From Actinomycetota bacterium (lineage in GTDB: Bacteria; Actinomycetota; UBA4738; HRBIN12), in NCBI GenBank assembly GCA_045805225.1, contig JBJMLQ010000003.1, positions 1 to 60,199 of the forward strand: a stretch of 60,199 bases of DNA. The letters run 5' to 3'. Positions 10,350 to 23,681 of this stretch are shown here, in pieces (the stretch's first letter is position 1; each line of letters opens with the position of its first letter). The position numbers were made by a program, and so were the translations under genes. The notes under the pieces were generated by a model. It made no database searches, was not told the origin of the DNA, and worked only from the letters and a program-made list of their open reading frames with translations.

Positions 10350-10994
10350 CTAGCAGCCCGTCGCGTCCGTCCCCTCGAGGCGGATCTCCGTACCCATCGG
10401 CACTTCGGCGTGCCGCGTGATCCCGAGCACCCGATAGGTCACCGGCTCCGTGTACCACGCCGCGTCGGAGCCCGCGGGGTAGCACACGTCCTGTGCGACG
10501 TGGACCTGCATCGTGAGCCCGGCGGTCTGTCCGGCGCCGACGCTGAAGGGCGCGAACGGCCCGAACCCCTTTGAACCTGCCGGTGTCGCCAGCGACGGCT
10601 TCGCCGCCACGACCGTCGACGAGATGCCCCGGGGCGCCTGCGAGCCCACGTCGAGGATCGTGATCGGCAGCGGACCCGTGTTCGTGATCGAGAACCGATA
10701 CCGGAAGGTCATGTCGCGTCGCATCTGCACGGACTGCACGGTCCCGGTGGCGCCGAACGCGTCGATGGTGCGCCGCGTCACGTCCAGGCCACGCCCGGCG
10801 ATCGGATAGGTCGTCTCGCCCGTTGCGAGCGGGTCGATGTTGGCCAGCCACACCGTGGTCGTCGCGAGCGCGACGAGCACCGCGACCGCCGCGATCGTCG
10901 CGAGCCGCCGGGGCCAGCGCCGAGGAGCCTCTGCGACCGCACGCGGCCGCACGGGCGTCTGGGGAGGACGCGTGAGGGTCTTCACTGTGTGCAC
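10350..10994 (-). CDS. Hypothetical membrane-anchored/secreted protein
   Basis: 214-codon ORF with a GTG start. It has an Arg-rich N-terminus, then one TM helix (LATIAAVAVLVALATTTVWLA), then a beta-rich extracytoplasmic domain. I recognised no family. Confidence 0.45.
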   Translation of the reverse strand: MHTVKTLTRPPQTPVRPRAVAEAPRRWPRRLATIAAVAVLVALATTTVWLANIDPLATGETTYPIAGRGLDVTRRTIDAFGATGTVQSVQMRRDMTFRYRFSITNTGPLPITILDVGSQAPRGISSTVVAAKPSLATPAGSKGFGPFAPFSVGAGQTAGLTMQVHVAQDVCYPAGSDAAWYTEPVTYRVLGITRHAEVPMGTEIRLEGTDATGC

Positions 10995-11063
10995 CCTACC
11001 GACGGACGGCGGAGCGCGCTATCCGCTGCCCGGCCTACCGCTCGACGAACGCGCGCGCGCTCT

Positions 11064-14678
<3,615 letters not shown>

Positions 14679-14787
14679 GTCGTCGAGCCTACCGGAGGGT
14701 CCGCCTGATGCCGGGCGCCGCACGCCGGATGCGCTGCAGCGCGACGCGCTTGGCGGGCGGTCGGTTTCCCGGGGTAGGCTTCGCGCG

Positions 14788-15297
14788 ATGAGTCAAGGAG
14801 CGGCGGACATCCTCGGTCGCGGCGGCGGACGGCTCGGGACCCCCCTGCCCGAGCAGCTGCCCCGCCGGACGGTGCGCCAGAACGCCCAGTCGCTCGCCGC
14901 CGTCCCGCTGTTCGCGGGGTTCTCGACCAAGCACCTGAAGCGCTTGGCGAGCCAAAGCGACGAGCTGTCGTTCGAGCCGCGCGAGCCGATCGTCGAGGAG
15001 GGCATGCTCGGCGAGACGTTGTTCGTCGTCCTGAACGGCCGCGGCAAGGTGACCCGGCGCGGCCGCAAGGTGGGGGAGGTGCTCCCCGGCGACTTCTTCG
15101 GCGAGCTGTCGACGCTCGACGGCGGTCCGAGGTCGGCCACGGTGATGGCTGAGACGCCGATGCGCGTGCTCCGGCTGTTCCGCCACACGCTCCGTGATCT
15201 GCTGCGGGAAGAGCCCGGTCTGACCCTCAAGCTCCTGGACGGCATCGTCCGCCGGATGCGCGAGGTGCAGCGCGACGGCGGCGAGTTGCGCGACTAG
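14788..15297 (+). CDS. Stand-alone cyclic-nucleotide-binding domain protein
   Basis: 169 aa starting at ATG 14788. The CNB fold signature [17 protein letters not shown] is present, with no recognisable HTH or other output domain. It is divergent from metH. Confidence 0.7.
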   Translation: MSQGAADILGRGGGRLGTPLPEQLPRRTVRQNAQSLAAVPLFAGFSTKHLKRLASQSDELSFEPREPIVEEGMLGETLFVVLNGRGKVTRRGRKVGEVLPGDFFGELSTLDGGPRSATVMAETPMRVLRLFRHTLRDLLREEPGLTLKLLDGIVRRMREVQRDGGELRD

Positions 15298-16211
15298 CCG
15301 AGCAGCGTCTCGATCTCGTCGAGGACGTCGGGCTCCAACCGGAGGTCGCCCGCGGCGGCGTTCGCGCGGAGGTGCGTGGCGCTGCGGCTCCCCGCGATCG
15401 CGGCGGTGACGCCCGGCTGCGCGATGTTCCACGCGAGCGCGAGCTCGCCCATCGACACGCCGACGCGCTCCGCGATGGGCCGCAGGCCGTCGACCACCCG
15501 GAACGTCTCGTCGAGCCGTTCGGGGGTCGTCCACTCGTCGTCGCCGCGCCAGTCGTCGAGCTTCTCGGCGTCGTCGCGGGTGTAGCGGCCGGTCAGGAAT
15601 CCAACCCCGAGCGGCGAGTACGTGACGACGCCGATCCCCGCCTCGCCGCACCACCGGATCAGCCCTCGGTCCTCGAGCGCCAACATCGAGAACTCTTGTT
15701 GCAGCGAGTCGACGTGGTGGATCGGCAGACACCGCTCGAGCAGCTCCTGGTCGAAGTTCGAAACGCCGATCGCCTTGGTCTTGCCCGCATCGACCAGCTC
15801 CGCCATGGCGCCCCACGTCTCCTCCACGGGCACGCCGGTCTCGTCGGGCCAGTGCAGTTGGTAGACGTCCAGCGCATCGATGCCCAGGCGCCCGAGCGAG
15901 GCGTCGCACGCCGCCCGCACCTGCTCGGGCCGGAAGCCGGTTCCTTCGGGCGAGGGCGCGACCTTGGAGGCGACGACGATGTCGTCGCGACGGCCCGCCA
16001 CCGCCTTGCCTACCAGGCGCTCGGACTCACCGGAGCCGTAGACCTCCGCGGTGTCGACCCACGTGATGCCCGCGTCGAAGGCCCCGTGGAACGCGCGGAC
16101 GACGTCGTCGTCGGCGGGGTTCGCGCCCCAGGCGTCCCCACCGGCCTCCCACGCTCCCAAGCCGATCACCGAGATCTCCGGACCGTGCGCGCCGAGCCGT
16201 CGTGTTCGCAT
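15294..16211 (-). CDS. Aldo/keto reductase
   Basis: 305 aa. MRTRRLGAHGPEISVIGLGAWEAGG...DTAEVYGSGESE...YQLHWPD...GVSNF is the canonical AKR pattern. Confidence 0.85.
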   Translation of the reverse strand: MRTRRLGAHGPEISVIGLGAWEAGGDAWGANPADDDVVRAFHGAFDAGITWVDTAEVYGSGESERLVGKAVAGRRDDIVVASKVAPSPEGTGFRPEQVRAACDASLGRLGIDALDVYQLHWPDETGVPVEETWGAMAELVDAGKTKAIGVSNFDQELLERCLPIHHVDSLQQEFSMLALEDRGLIRWCGEAGIGVVTYSPLGVGFLTGRYTRDDAEKLDDWRGDDEWTTPERLDETFRVVDGLRPIAERVGVSMGELALAWNIAQPGVTAAIAGSRSATHLRANAAAGDLRLEPDVLDEIETLLG

Positions 16212-16325
16212 GTGATGGATACAAGCACAGTTACGGTCGTTCGGCGCCGGGCGGCAGTACGCTGTCTATCAAGCGGCATCGACCCCCAATCGATTTCTCC
16301 ATCGAGGAGTGACCTGCACCACCGG

Positions 16326-18161
16326 ATGAGCATCACCGTCGAGGAACGAGAGCGCGTCGTCGTCCGGTTCGCCGGCGACTCCGGCGACGGGATGCAGCTC
16401 ACGGGGGACCGGTTCACGAACGCGACCGCCCTGCTGGGCAACGACCTCGCCACCCTTCCCGACTTCCCGGCCGAGATCCGTGCGCCGGCCGGCACCGTGC
16501 ACGGGGTCTCCGCGTTCCAGATCCAGTTCGCATCCACCGACGTCACGACCCCGGGTGATCACGCCGACGTTCTGGTCGCGATGAACCCCGCGGCGCTGAA
16601 GGCCGACCTCTCCACCGTCGTCCGTGGCGGCACGTTGATCCTCAACGAGGACGCCTTCCAGCAGCGCAACCTGGACAAGGCGGGGTACGGATCGGATCCG
16701 CGCACCGACGGGAGCCTCGACGGGTACCAGGTCTACGCGGTGCCGATGACGTCGATCACGGTTCGGGCGGTCGAGCCGGTGGGCGTCGGCAAGAAGGAGG
16801 CGGAGCGCGCGAAGAACATGTTCGCGCTCGGGCTCGTCTCGTGGATGTACGACCGTCCGACCGCCCCGACGCTCGAGTGGCTCGAGCGGAAGTTCGGCGG
16901 CAAACCCGAGATCCTCGATGCAAACGTCGCCGCGTTCAACGCGGGCTATAACTTCGGTGAGACGACCGAGCTCTTCGCGCACCGCGTCGAGGTCAAGGCC
17001 GCGCCGGCCGAGCCGGGCACGTACCGCAACGTCGCGGGAGCGCAGGCGCTCGCCTGGGGCTTGATCGCGGCCTCGCGCGCGAGCGATCTGCCGTTGTTCT
17101 ATGCGAGCTATCCGATCACGCCGGCCTCCGACCTGTTGCACGAGCTGTCGCGGCACAAGCACTTCGGCGTGATCACCGTCCAGGCCGAGGACGAGATCGC
17201 CGCGGCGAACATGGCGCTCGGCGCCGCTTTCACGGGCCGGCTCGCGGTGACCGGCACCAGCGGTCCCGGTCTTGACCTCAAGGCCGAGACGATCGGTCTC
17301 GCGGTGATCACCGAGCTCCCGATGCTGATCGTCGACGTGCAGCGCGCGGGCCCGTCAACCGGCATGCCGACCAAGACCGAGCAGGGCGACCTGCTCGCGG
17401 CGATGTACGGACGCCACGGCGAATCGCCCATCCCGATCGTCGCGGCGTCTTCGCCGTCGGAGTGTTTCGAGGTCGCGCTCGATGCGGCACGCGTCGCGAT
17501 CCGCTACCGCACGCCGGTGATCGTCCTGTCCGATTCGTTCCTGCAGAACTCGTCGGAGCCGTGGCGGCTGCCCGACGTGTCGGCGATCGAACGGATCGAT
17601 CCCCACTTCGCCCAACCGAACGGCGCCGGGTTCCACCCCTACGCGCGCAACGACGACGGCGCCAGGCCGTGGGCCATCCCGGGCACTCCCGGGCTCGAGC
17701 ATCGCATCGGGGGCCTCGAGCGCGAGAACGTGACCGGCGCGATCAGCTATGACGCGGAGAACCACGAGCGCATGACCGACCTGCGGCGCGAGAAGGTCGC
17801 GGGGATCGCGGCGTCGTTGCCGGAGCTGGACGTCGACGACCCCACCGGCGACGCCGGTCTGCTGGTGCTCGGCTGGGGGTCAACCGCCGGCTCGATCCGT
17901 GCCGCCGTCCGTCGAGCCCGCGACGCCGGCGAGAAGGTCGCCCATGCGCACCTGCGCTGGCTGAATCCGCTGCCGACGAACACCGGCGAGGTGGTGCGGC
18001 GCTACCCGCGGGTGCTGATCCCCGAGATCAACGAGGGGCAGCTCGCGCTGCTGATCCGCAGCAGGTTCCTGGTCGATGCGCGGTCGTTCTCGCGCGTGCA
18101 GGGCCGGCCGCTGTGGGCCGACGAGCTGGACGACGCGATCGGGGAGGCGTTGCGTGGCTGA
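16326..18161 (+). CDS. korA: 2-oxoacid:ferredoxin oxidoreductase subunit alpha (KorA)
   Basis: Starts at ATG 16326. MSITVEERERVVVRFAGDSGDGMQLTGDRF...ASYPITPASDLLHEL...GPSTGMPTKTEQGDL is the typical KorA pattern. The upstream part of the 929-aa ORF is antisense to the AKR gene. Confidence 0.85.
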   Translation: MSITVEERERVVVRFAGDSGDGMQLTGDRFTNATALLGNDLATLPDFPAEIRAPAGTVHGVSAFQIQFASTDVTTPGDHADVLVAMNPAALKADLSTVVRGGTLILNEDAFQQRNLDKAGYGSDPRTDGSLDGYQVYAVPMTSITVRAVEPVGVGKKEAERAKNMFALGLVSWMYDRPTAPTLEWLERKFGGKPEILDANVAAFNAGYNFGETTELFAHRVEVKAAPAEPGTYRNVAGAQALAWGLIAASRASDLPLFYASYPITPASDLLHELSRHKHFGVITVQAEDEIAAANMALGAAFTGRLAVTGTSGPGLDLKAETIGLAVITELPMLIVDVQRAGPSTGMPTKTEQGDLLAAMYGRHGESPIPIVAASSPSECFEVALDAARVAIRYRTPVIVLSDSFLQNSSEPWRLPDVSAIERIDPHFAQPNGAGFHPYARNDDGARPWAIPGTPGLEHRIGGLERENVTGAISYDAENHERMTDLRREKVAGIAASLPELDVDDPTGDAGLLVLGWGSTAGSIRAAVRRARDAGEKVAHAHLRWLNPLPTNTGEVVRRYPRVLIPEINEGQLALLIRSRFLVDARSFSRVQGRPLWADELDDAIGEALRG

Positions 18162-19161
18162 CACGTTGGAGCGCAGTAAGAAGGACTTCACCTCGGACCA
18201 GGAGCCTCGCTGGTGCCCGGGGTGCGGCGACTACGCCATCTTGGCCGCGGTCCAATCGTTCATGCCCGAGCTCGGCGTCGCTCCGGAGAACACGGTGTTC
18301 GTCTCGGGGATCGGCTGCAGCGGCCGGTTCACCTATTACATGGACACGTACGGCTTCCACGGCATCCACGGCCGCGCGCCCGCGCTCGCCACGGGGATCG
18401 CCACGGCCAACCCCGACCTCACCGTCTGGGTGGTCACCGGCGACGGCGACGCGCTGTCGATCGGTGGGAACCACCTGATCCACGCCCTCCGCCGCAACGT
18501 CAACCTCAAGATCTTGATGTTCAACAACCAGATCTACGGGCTGACGAAGGGTCAGTACTCGCCGACCTCGGAGGTCGGCAAGGTCACGAAGTCGACGCCG
18601 TTCGGCTCCGTCGACCGGCCGTTCGACCCCGTCGCGCTCGCGCTGGGCGCCGCCGCGACGTTCGTCGCCCGCACGATCGACAACGACCGCAAGCATCTGA
18701 CCGACGTCTTGCGCCAGGCGGCGGAGCACCCCGGCGCGGCGTTCGTCGAGATCTATCAGAACTGCAACGTGTTCAACGACGGCGCGTTCGACCTGCTGCG
18801 CGACAAGACGCAGGGCCCGCACAACCAGATCCGGCTGGTGCACGGGGAACCGATCGTCTTCGACGGGGGCACGCAGTGCGTGCGCCTTGCGGCGAACGGG
18901 CGCTTGGAGATCGCGCCCGTCGCCGGCACCGACCCCGCACAGATCATCACGCACGACGTCCACGGTCCGCCCTCGCTCGCGTTCACGCTCGCGCACCTGT
19001 CGCAGGGGCCGACCGAGCCGACCTGCATCGGGGTCTTCCGCGAGGTGCAGCGCACGACCTACGGCGAGGCGGTGCACGACCAGATCACGCAGGCGCGCGA
19101 GCGGTCCGGCGACGGCGACCTCGAGGCGCTGCTCACGGGCGGCGACACCTGGAGCGTCTGA
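18154..19161 (+). CDS. korB: 2-oxoacid:ferredoxin oxidoreductase subunit beta (KorB, TPP-binding)
   Basis: GTG 18154 overlaps the korA end by 8 nt. Motifs present are WCPGCGDYAIL, GIGCSGRF and the TPP motif TGDGDALSIGGNHL. Confidence 0.85.
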   Translation: MADTLERSKKDFTSDQEPRWCPGCGDYAILAAVQSFMPELGVAPENTVFVSGIGCSGRFTYYMDTYGFHGIHGRAPALATGIATANPDLTVWVVTGDGDALSIGGNHLIHALRRNVNLKILMFNNQIYGLTKGQYSPTSEVGKVTKSTPFGSVDRPFDPVALALGAAATFVARTIDNDRKHLTDVLRQAAEHPGAAFVEIYQNCNVFNDGAFDLLRDKTQGPHNQIRLVHGEPIVFDGGTQCVRLAANGRLEIAPVAGTDPAQIITHDVHGPPSLAFTLAHLSQGPTEPTCIGVFREVQRTTYGEAVHDQITQARERSGDGDLEALLTGGDTWSV

Positions 19162-19164
19162 CCC

Positions 19165-19320
19165 TCAGGGTTTGCGGCCACGGATCAACGACGCGGCCGC
19201 GCCGATCGCCGCGCCGATGACGAGGCCGGCGCCGAATCCGGTCGCGCTCCGCCCGCCGCTCGAGCCGATGGCAGCGCCGATCGCGCCGCCGACCACCATC
19301 AGGACGGGCGCCGGCAACAT
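19165..19320 (-). CDS. Small glycine-zipper membrane peptide (about 51 aa)
   Basis: MLPAPVLMVVGGAIGAAIGSSGGRSATGFGAGLVIGAAIGAAASLIRGRKP has two GxxxG-rich hydrophobic segments. It lies 14 nt downstream of the desulfurase-like gene. It is short, so this is a weak call. Confidence 0.3.
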   Translation of the reverse strand: MLPAPVLMVVGGAIGAAIGSSGGRSATGFGAGLVIGAAIGAAASLIRGRKP

Positions 19321-19334
19321 GCCCCGGCCGTCGC

Positions 19335-20522
19335 TCACGGCCGCGCCTGGGGATCGGGCGGGCGGAACCGGGCCATCGCCGCGGCCGCGCCGCGCGCCAC
19401 GCTTCGAAGCTCCTCCGCGGCCTCGCCCAGCACCTGGACGCACCGCGCCACGTCGTCGTCGCTCGTCGCCGGCGTGACGCCGATCCGGAACGAGGGCGTC
19501 TCGAGGTAGCCGAGCTGCGCGAGGACGGGGGACGGGTCCTCCGGGCGACCCGTCGCGGGCGACCCCACGCCGAGGTGGATGCCGCGGTCATCGAGCGCCA
19601 TCGCCAGGGTGGCCGCGTCGAGCCCAGCCACCGAGAAGCACACGAGATGGGGCACCCGGTGGGTGGGGTGGCCGTGGATCGTCGCGCCGGCGACCCGTGC
19701 CCCGATCCGGTCGCGGAGGGTGGCCGTCAGGGACCACGCGCGTGCGGCGTCGTCGGCCATCGTGGCGCGGCCGGCGGCCAGCGCAGCCGCCATCCCCACG
19801 ATGCCCGGGAGGTTCGCGGAACCTGCGCGCCGTCGGCCTTCGCGGTCGTCGCCGACGACGATCGGGCCGAGCTCGACCCCGCGCCGGACGTACAGGGCGC
19901 CGGCCCCAGGCGGCCCGCCGAAGACGTGGCCGGAGATGGTCAGCAGATCGACCTCGAGCGCGCGCACGTCGATGGGGAGCCGGCCGACGGTCTGCACGGC
20001 GTCGGTATGGAACGGCACCCCCGCTGCCCGCGCCAGGCGCGCCGCCTCGCCGATCGGTTGCATCGTCCCCAGCTCGTGGTTCCCGTGGTGGATCGTGGCG
20101 AGCGCGACGCCGGGAACGCGCACGGCCGCGGCGAACCGGTCGAGGTCGAGACGGCCGTCACGGTCGGTCGCGATCAGCTCGGGCGTGACGCCGCGGGCAG
20201 CCAGCCGCCCGATCGTCGCGGACACGACCGGGTGCTCGATCGTGCTCGTGACGACCGCGCCGGCGTCGCGGGCGGCCGTCACTCCGTCGATCGCCAGCGT
20301 GAGCGATTCCGTGCCGCCCGAAGTGAAGACGATCTCGTCGGGCTGCGCGCTGATCGCGTCGGCGACGGCGGCCCGGGCCTCGTCCAGGAGTCTGCGCGCG
20401 GCGCGGCCGGGCGCCGTGATCTGCAGCGGGTCACCGATCACGTCGAGCGCGGTGAGCATCGCCTCGCGCGCCGCCGGCACGACCGGGATGCCGCTGCCGG
20501 CGTCGAGGTACACGTCCGCCAT
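19335..20522 (-). CDS. Cysteine desulfurase (IscS/NifS)-like class V aminotransferase homolog lacking the catalytic Lys and Cys (probable pseudoenzyme)
   Basis: GGAG RBS before ATG 20522. It aligns with IscS throughout ([35 protein letters not shown]). However, the SGHK motif reads [10 protein letters not shown] and the SSGSAC loop reads GVGSPATG. The 395-aa translation contains no lysine at all. Confidence 0.75.
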   Translation of the reverse strand: MADVYLDAGSGIPVVPAAREAMLTALDVIGDPLQITAPGRAARRLLDEARAAVADAISAQPDEIVFTSGGTESLTLAIDGVTAARDAGAVVTSTIEHPVVSATIGRLAARGVTPELIATDRDGRLDLDRFAAAVRVPGVALATIHHGNHELGTMQPIGEAARLARAAGVPFHTDAVQTVGRLPIDVRALEVDLLTISGHVFGGPPGAGALYVRRGVELGPIVVGDDREGRRRAGSANLPGIVGMAAALAAGRATMADDAARAWSLTATLRDRIGARVAGATIHGHPTHRVPHLVCFSVAGLDAATLAMALDDRGIHLGVGSPATGRPEDPSPVLAQLGYLETPSFRIGVTPATSDDDVARCVQVLGEAAEELRSVARGAAAAMARFRPPDPQARP

Positions 20523-20554
20523 CTCCGTTTGCCCGCGAGGACGGGCTCCGCCGC

Positions 20555-21241
20555 TCAGGGGGTCGCCGGCTCGCGGCCCCGCAGGAACAGGTACCAGTAC
20601 GCGACGCCGGCGATGATGCCGCCCGCGATCGGGCCGACGATCCAGACCCACCAGTTCGTGTAGTCGCTCGTGGCCACGGCCGGGCCGAACCACCGGGCCG
20701 GGTTCATCGCCGCGCCGGTGAGCGCACCGCCGACGAAGATGTCGATCGTGATCACCAGTCCGATGGTGAACCCGGCGGTCCGCGCGAACGCGCCGCTCCG
20801 GTCATCGACCGCCGTTCCGAACACCGCCCACACGAGGAAGAACGTCAACATCGCCTCGAGCACGACCGCCTTGCCGACCGCGAAGCCGTCGGCGACGGCC
20901 GGGATCCCGCCCTTCACCGCGTCGAAGGCGGGGGTCGGTCCGATGTACTTGAGGAAGAACGCCGCCGCGACGCCGCCGAGCAGTTCGGCGACGATGTAGA
21001 CGGCCGACCGGCCGGTCGGCATCTTGCCCGTGACCCACAGCGCGATCTGGATCGCCGGGTTGAACACCCCGCCGGAGATGTGGGCCATGATCGAGACCAT
21101 GATCGCGATCGCGAGGCCGTGCGCGAGCGCGATCGCGACGAGGTCCCCATTCTGCGTCATGATGATCGCGCCGGCGCCGAAGAAGATGAGCGCGAAGGTG
21201 CCGATGAACTCGGCGACCGCGGCCTTGCCGATGCTGTCCAC
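20555..21241 (-). CDS. MIP-family channel (aquaporin/glycerol facilitator)
   Basis: Two NPA boxes (GGVFNPAIQ and AAMNPARW) and six hydrophobic helices. I preferred GTG 21241 behind AAGGGGGG; the ATG at 21304 is the alternative. Confidence 0.85.
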   Translation of the reverse strand: MDSIGKAAVAEFIGTFALIFFGAGAIIMTQNGDLVAIALAHGLAIAIMVSIMAHISGGVFNPAIQIALWVTGKMPTGRSAVYIVAELLGGVAAAFFLKYIGPTPAFDAVKGGIPAVADGFAVGKAVVLEAMLTFFLVWAVFGTAVDDRSGAFARTAGFTIGLVITIDIFVGGALTGAAMNPARWFGPAVATSDYTNWWVWIVGPIAGGIIAGVAYWYLFLRGREPATP

Positions 21242-21315
21242 GTATCCCCCCTTGGATGGAAGCGGTGCGGCGCTCACCGTAGCCGAGCGGACCTTGCGGG
21301 GCAACGACGCGCAGG

Positions 21316-21741
21316 GTGCGTGGTAGCCTCGCGCGCGTGGAAGCCCTGCTCATGTCGCCCGATCCACGGACGCGGGAGCTGATGGCCCTCACGATCCGCA
21401 GCATCGAGCGCCGACTGGGAGAGGACCTCCGATTCCGCGCCGCGGCGAACGGGGAGCTCGCGCTCCGCGCGGCGCTTCGCGACCGGCCCGACATCGTCGT
21501 CGCCGACGAGATCGCATCACGGATGGGCGCGTTCGCGCTCGCGCGATCGCTCCGCGACGCGCAGGACCCCTACACGGGCGCGATCGTCGTGCTGCTCGAA
21601 CGCATGCACGACGCATGGCTCGCATCCTGGTCCGGCGCCGACGCGTGGTACGTCAAGCCCGCCGACCCGTTCGCGGTCGCGGACCGCCTGTGGGAGCTTC
21701 TCGCGGCCCGCGGGCTCGTGCCGGAGGAGGAACGCGTATGA
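21316..21741 (+). CDS. Stand-alone response-regulator receiver (REC)-like protein, atypical
   Basis: REC-like secondary-structure pattern with a putative acceptor Asp (DIVVADE) and a conserved Lys (WYVKPADPFAV). The N-terminal acidic pair is degenerate (LLMSPD) and the beta4 Thr/Ser is absent (VVLLER). An alternative GTG start is at 21337. Confidence 0.5.
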   Translation: MRGSLARVEALLMSPDPRTRELMALTIRSIERRLGEDLRFRAAANGELALRAALRDRPDIVVADEIASRMGAFALARSLRDAQDPYTGAIVVLLERMHDAWLASWSGADAWYVKPADPFAVADRLWELLAARGLVPEEERV

Positions 21742-22025
21742 AGATCAAGGGAACGTGCAAGCGGTGCGGACGTGAGTTCTTGTTCGAGCAGGCCGCCGGT
21801 TCTGGCGGGCGCTGCCCGTGGGACGGTGAGCCGTTCAACGCCGATTACGCGGTCGTGCTCATCCAGGCGATGCAGATCGCGGAGGAAGCCGGGACGCGCC
21901 TGGAGCAAGCGCTCGAGGACATCGCGGCGATGCGGCCCGCGTTCTCGGTCGACGCGTCGTCCGTGCACGCGAAGACGCAGGCGGCGATCGCCGCGCTCGG
22001 GAAGAACCTGATCACGCAGGGGTGA
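21738..22025 (+). CDS. Small zinc-ribbon-like protein with helical C-terminus (hypothetical)
   Basis: ATG 21738 overlaps the REC stop (ATGA). MKIKGTCKRCGREFLFEQAAGSGGRCPWDGE carries a CxxC...CP motif, followed by an Ala/Glu-rich helical tail. 95 aa. Confidence 0.5.
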   Translation: MKIKGTCKRCGREFLFEQAAGSGGRCPWDGEPFNADYAVVLIQAMQIAEEAGTRLEQALEDIAAMRPAFSVDASSVHAKTQAAIAALGKNLITQG

Positions 22026-22029
22026 CGCG

Positions 22030-22143
22030 GTGGGCTTCAACGCGATGCAGCCGGGGAAGATCAAGCGCGGCGATCTGATCTTCTTGATCGCGGCGATCGT
22101 CGTGATCGGCGCGTTGCTCGCGTGGGCCTTCTTCGGTCTGTGA
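22030..22143 (+). CDS. Mini membrane peptide (32-37 aa), hypothetical
   Basis: Not in the ORF track because it is under 60 aa. The translation (V)GFNAMQPGKIKRGDLIFLIAAIVVIGALLAWAFFGL contains one TM helix. It begins 4 nt after the previous stop, and its stop overlaps the GTG of the next gene (GTGA). Confidence 0.3.
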   Translation: MGFNAMQPGKIKRGDLIFLIAAIVVIGALLAWAFFGL

Positions 22144-22502
22144 CGTCGATCGACGCGCTCGCCGCCACCGAGTTCTGCTACCTCACGACCCGCGGGCGAC
22201 GGACGGGAGATCCGCACAGGATCGAGATCTGGTTCGTCGGCCACGAAGGCGGCGTCTACCTCATGTCGGACAGCGACCGAGCCGATTGGTACCGGAACCT
22301 CGTCGCCGATCCGTCGGTCACGCTGGAGATCGCCGGGCAGACACGGACGACGACGGCCGCGCCCGTCGACGCCGGCGAGGCGGCGAACGCATCGGTCCGG
22401 CCCGCGATGGCCGCGAAGTATCAGGCCGGGTACGCCGACAAGCTCGAACGCTGGAGCACGACGGCGTGGCTCGTTCGGGTCGAGTGGCCGGACGCTGATT
22501 AA
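22140..22502 (+). CDS. Deazaflavin (F420)-dependent nitroreductase-family / PNPOx-like split-barrel protein (DDN-like)
   Basis: CYLTTRGRRTGDPHRIEIWFVGHEGGVYLMS...ADWYRNLVADPSVTLEI resembles the DUF385/DDN family. The start is GTG 22140, or alternatively 22122. Confidence 0.6.
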   Translation: MTSIDALAATEFCYLTTRGRRTGDPHRIEIWFVGHEGGVYLMSDSDRADWYRNLVADPSVTLEIAGQTRTTTAAPVDAGEAANASVRPAMAAKYQAGYADKLERWSTTAWLVRVEWPDAD

Positions 22503-23671
22503 GGGCGCTCGAGCACCACGGCGAGCCCCTGGCCGCCGCTGATGCACAGCGTCGCGAGGCCGAGCGAGGCGCCCGCGTGGCGCATCTCGTACGCGAGCGA
22601 CAGGATGATCCGCGCGCCGCTCATCCCGATCGGGTGGCCGAGGCTGATGCCGCCGCCGCGGACGTTCACCTTGTCGCGATCGAACTTGAGGTCACGCTCG
22701 CACGCGATCACCTGCGCGGCGAACGCCTCGTTGATCTCGATCAGGTCGATGTCGGCCATCGTGAGGCCGGTTCGTTCGAACACCTTCTGCGTCGCGGGGA
22801 CCGGTCCGATCCCCATGATCTCGGGGGGCACGCCGGCCCAGCTCCAGCCGATGATCCGCGCGAGCGGGGTGCGGCCCTCCGCCTTCGCGCGGTCCTCGTC
22901 CATCAGCACCATCGCGGCGCCGCCATCGGTGAGCCCGCTGGCGTTGCCCGCGGTCACGCTGCCGCCCTCGCGGAAGACGGCGGGCAGCTTCGCGAGGGTC
23001 TCCATCGTGGTGTCGGGCCGCGGATGCTCGTCGGCGGTCACGGATCGCGTCTTCGCGCCGGCGCCCACCTGCACCGGCACGATCTCGTCGGCACGGCGGT
23101 CGGCGGCCGCGGCGGTCTTGTGCTGGGACTCGAGCGCGAAGGCGTCCTGGTCCGCACGCGAGATGCCGTAGCGCTCCACGAGGTTCTCGGCCGTCTCTCC
23201 CATGATCAGATCGCACAGGGGGTCCAACAGTCCGTCTCGATACATCGCGTCGACGACCTCGGTGTTGCCGATCCGGTGGCCGAGACGCATGTCGGGCAGC
23301 AGGAACGGCACGCGGGTCATGTTCTCCATCCCGCCGGCGAGGACGACGTCGCTGTCGCCGAGCGCGATCTGCTGCGCACCGAGCTGCACCGCCTTCATGC
23401 CGGAGCCGCACGCGATGTTGACGTTGTAGCCCGACACCTCCTCCGGCACGCCGGCGCGGATCGAGACCTGCCGCCCGGTGTTGGGACCGTTCCCCGCCTG
23501 TCGCGCGTGGCCCATGATCGTCTGATCGATCTGATCCGGGGTGACCGCGGCGCGACGCATCGCCTCGACGGCCGCGATGGTGCCCAGCTCGACCGCCGTC
23601 GTCTCTGCGAAGGACCCGAGGAACCGGCCGATCGGCGTGCGAGCGCCTTCGAGGATCACCGCGGTGCGCAT
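22499..23671 (-). CDS. Acetyl-CoA C-acetyltransferase (thiolase II)
   Basis: 390 aa from ATG 23671 (MRTAVILEGARTPIGRF). It has the nucleophile Cys (NIACGSGMKAV), GGGISLGHPIGMSGARI, and a C-terminal CISGGQGLA. Confidence 0.9.
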   Translation of the reverse strand: MRTAVILEGARTPIGRFLGSFAETTAVELGTIAAVEAMRRAAVTPDQIDQTIMGHARQAGNGPNTGRQVSIRAGVPEEVSGYNVNIACGSGMKAVQLGAQQIALGDSDVVLAGGMENMTRVPFLLPDMRLGHRIGNTEVVDAMYRDGLLDPLCDLIMGETAENLVERYGISRADQDAFALESQHKTAAAADRRADEIVPVQVGAGAKTRSVTADEHPRPDTTMETLAKLPAVFREGGSVTAGNASGLTDGGAAMVLMDEDRAKAEGRTPLARIIGWSWAGVPPEIMGIGPVPATQKVFERTGLTMADIDLIEINEAFAAQVIACERDLKFDRDKVNVRGGGISLGHPIGMSGARIILSLAYEMRHAGASLGLATLCISGGQGLAVVLERP

Positions 23672-23681
23672 GCCAGCCATG

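Noticed and set aside
14679-14787. Cobalamin or SAM riboswitch upstream of metH
   Set aside because: The divergent intergenic region is only about 110 nt. It shows no B12-box-like or SAM-I conserved elements by eye. B12 riboswitches normally control metE or B12 transport and synthesis, not metH.
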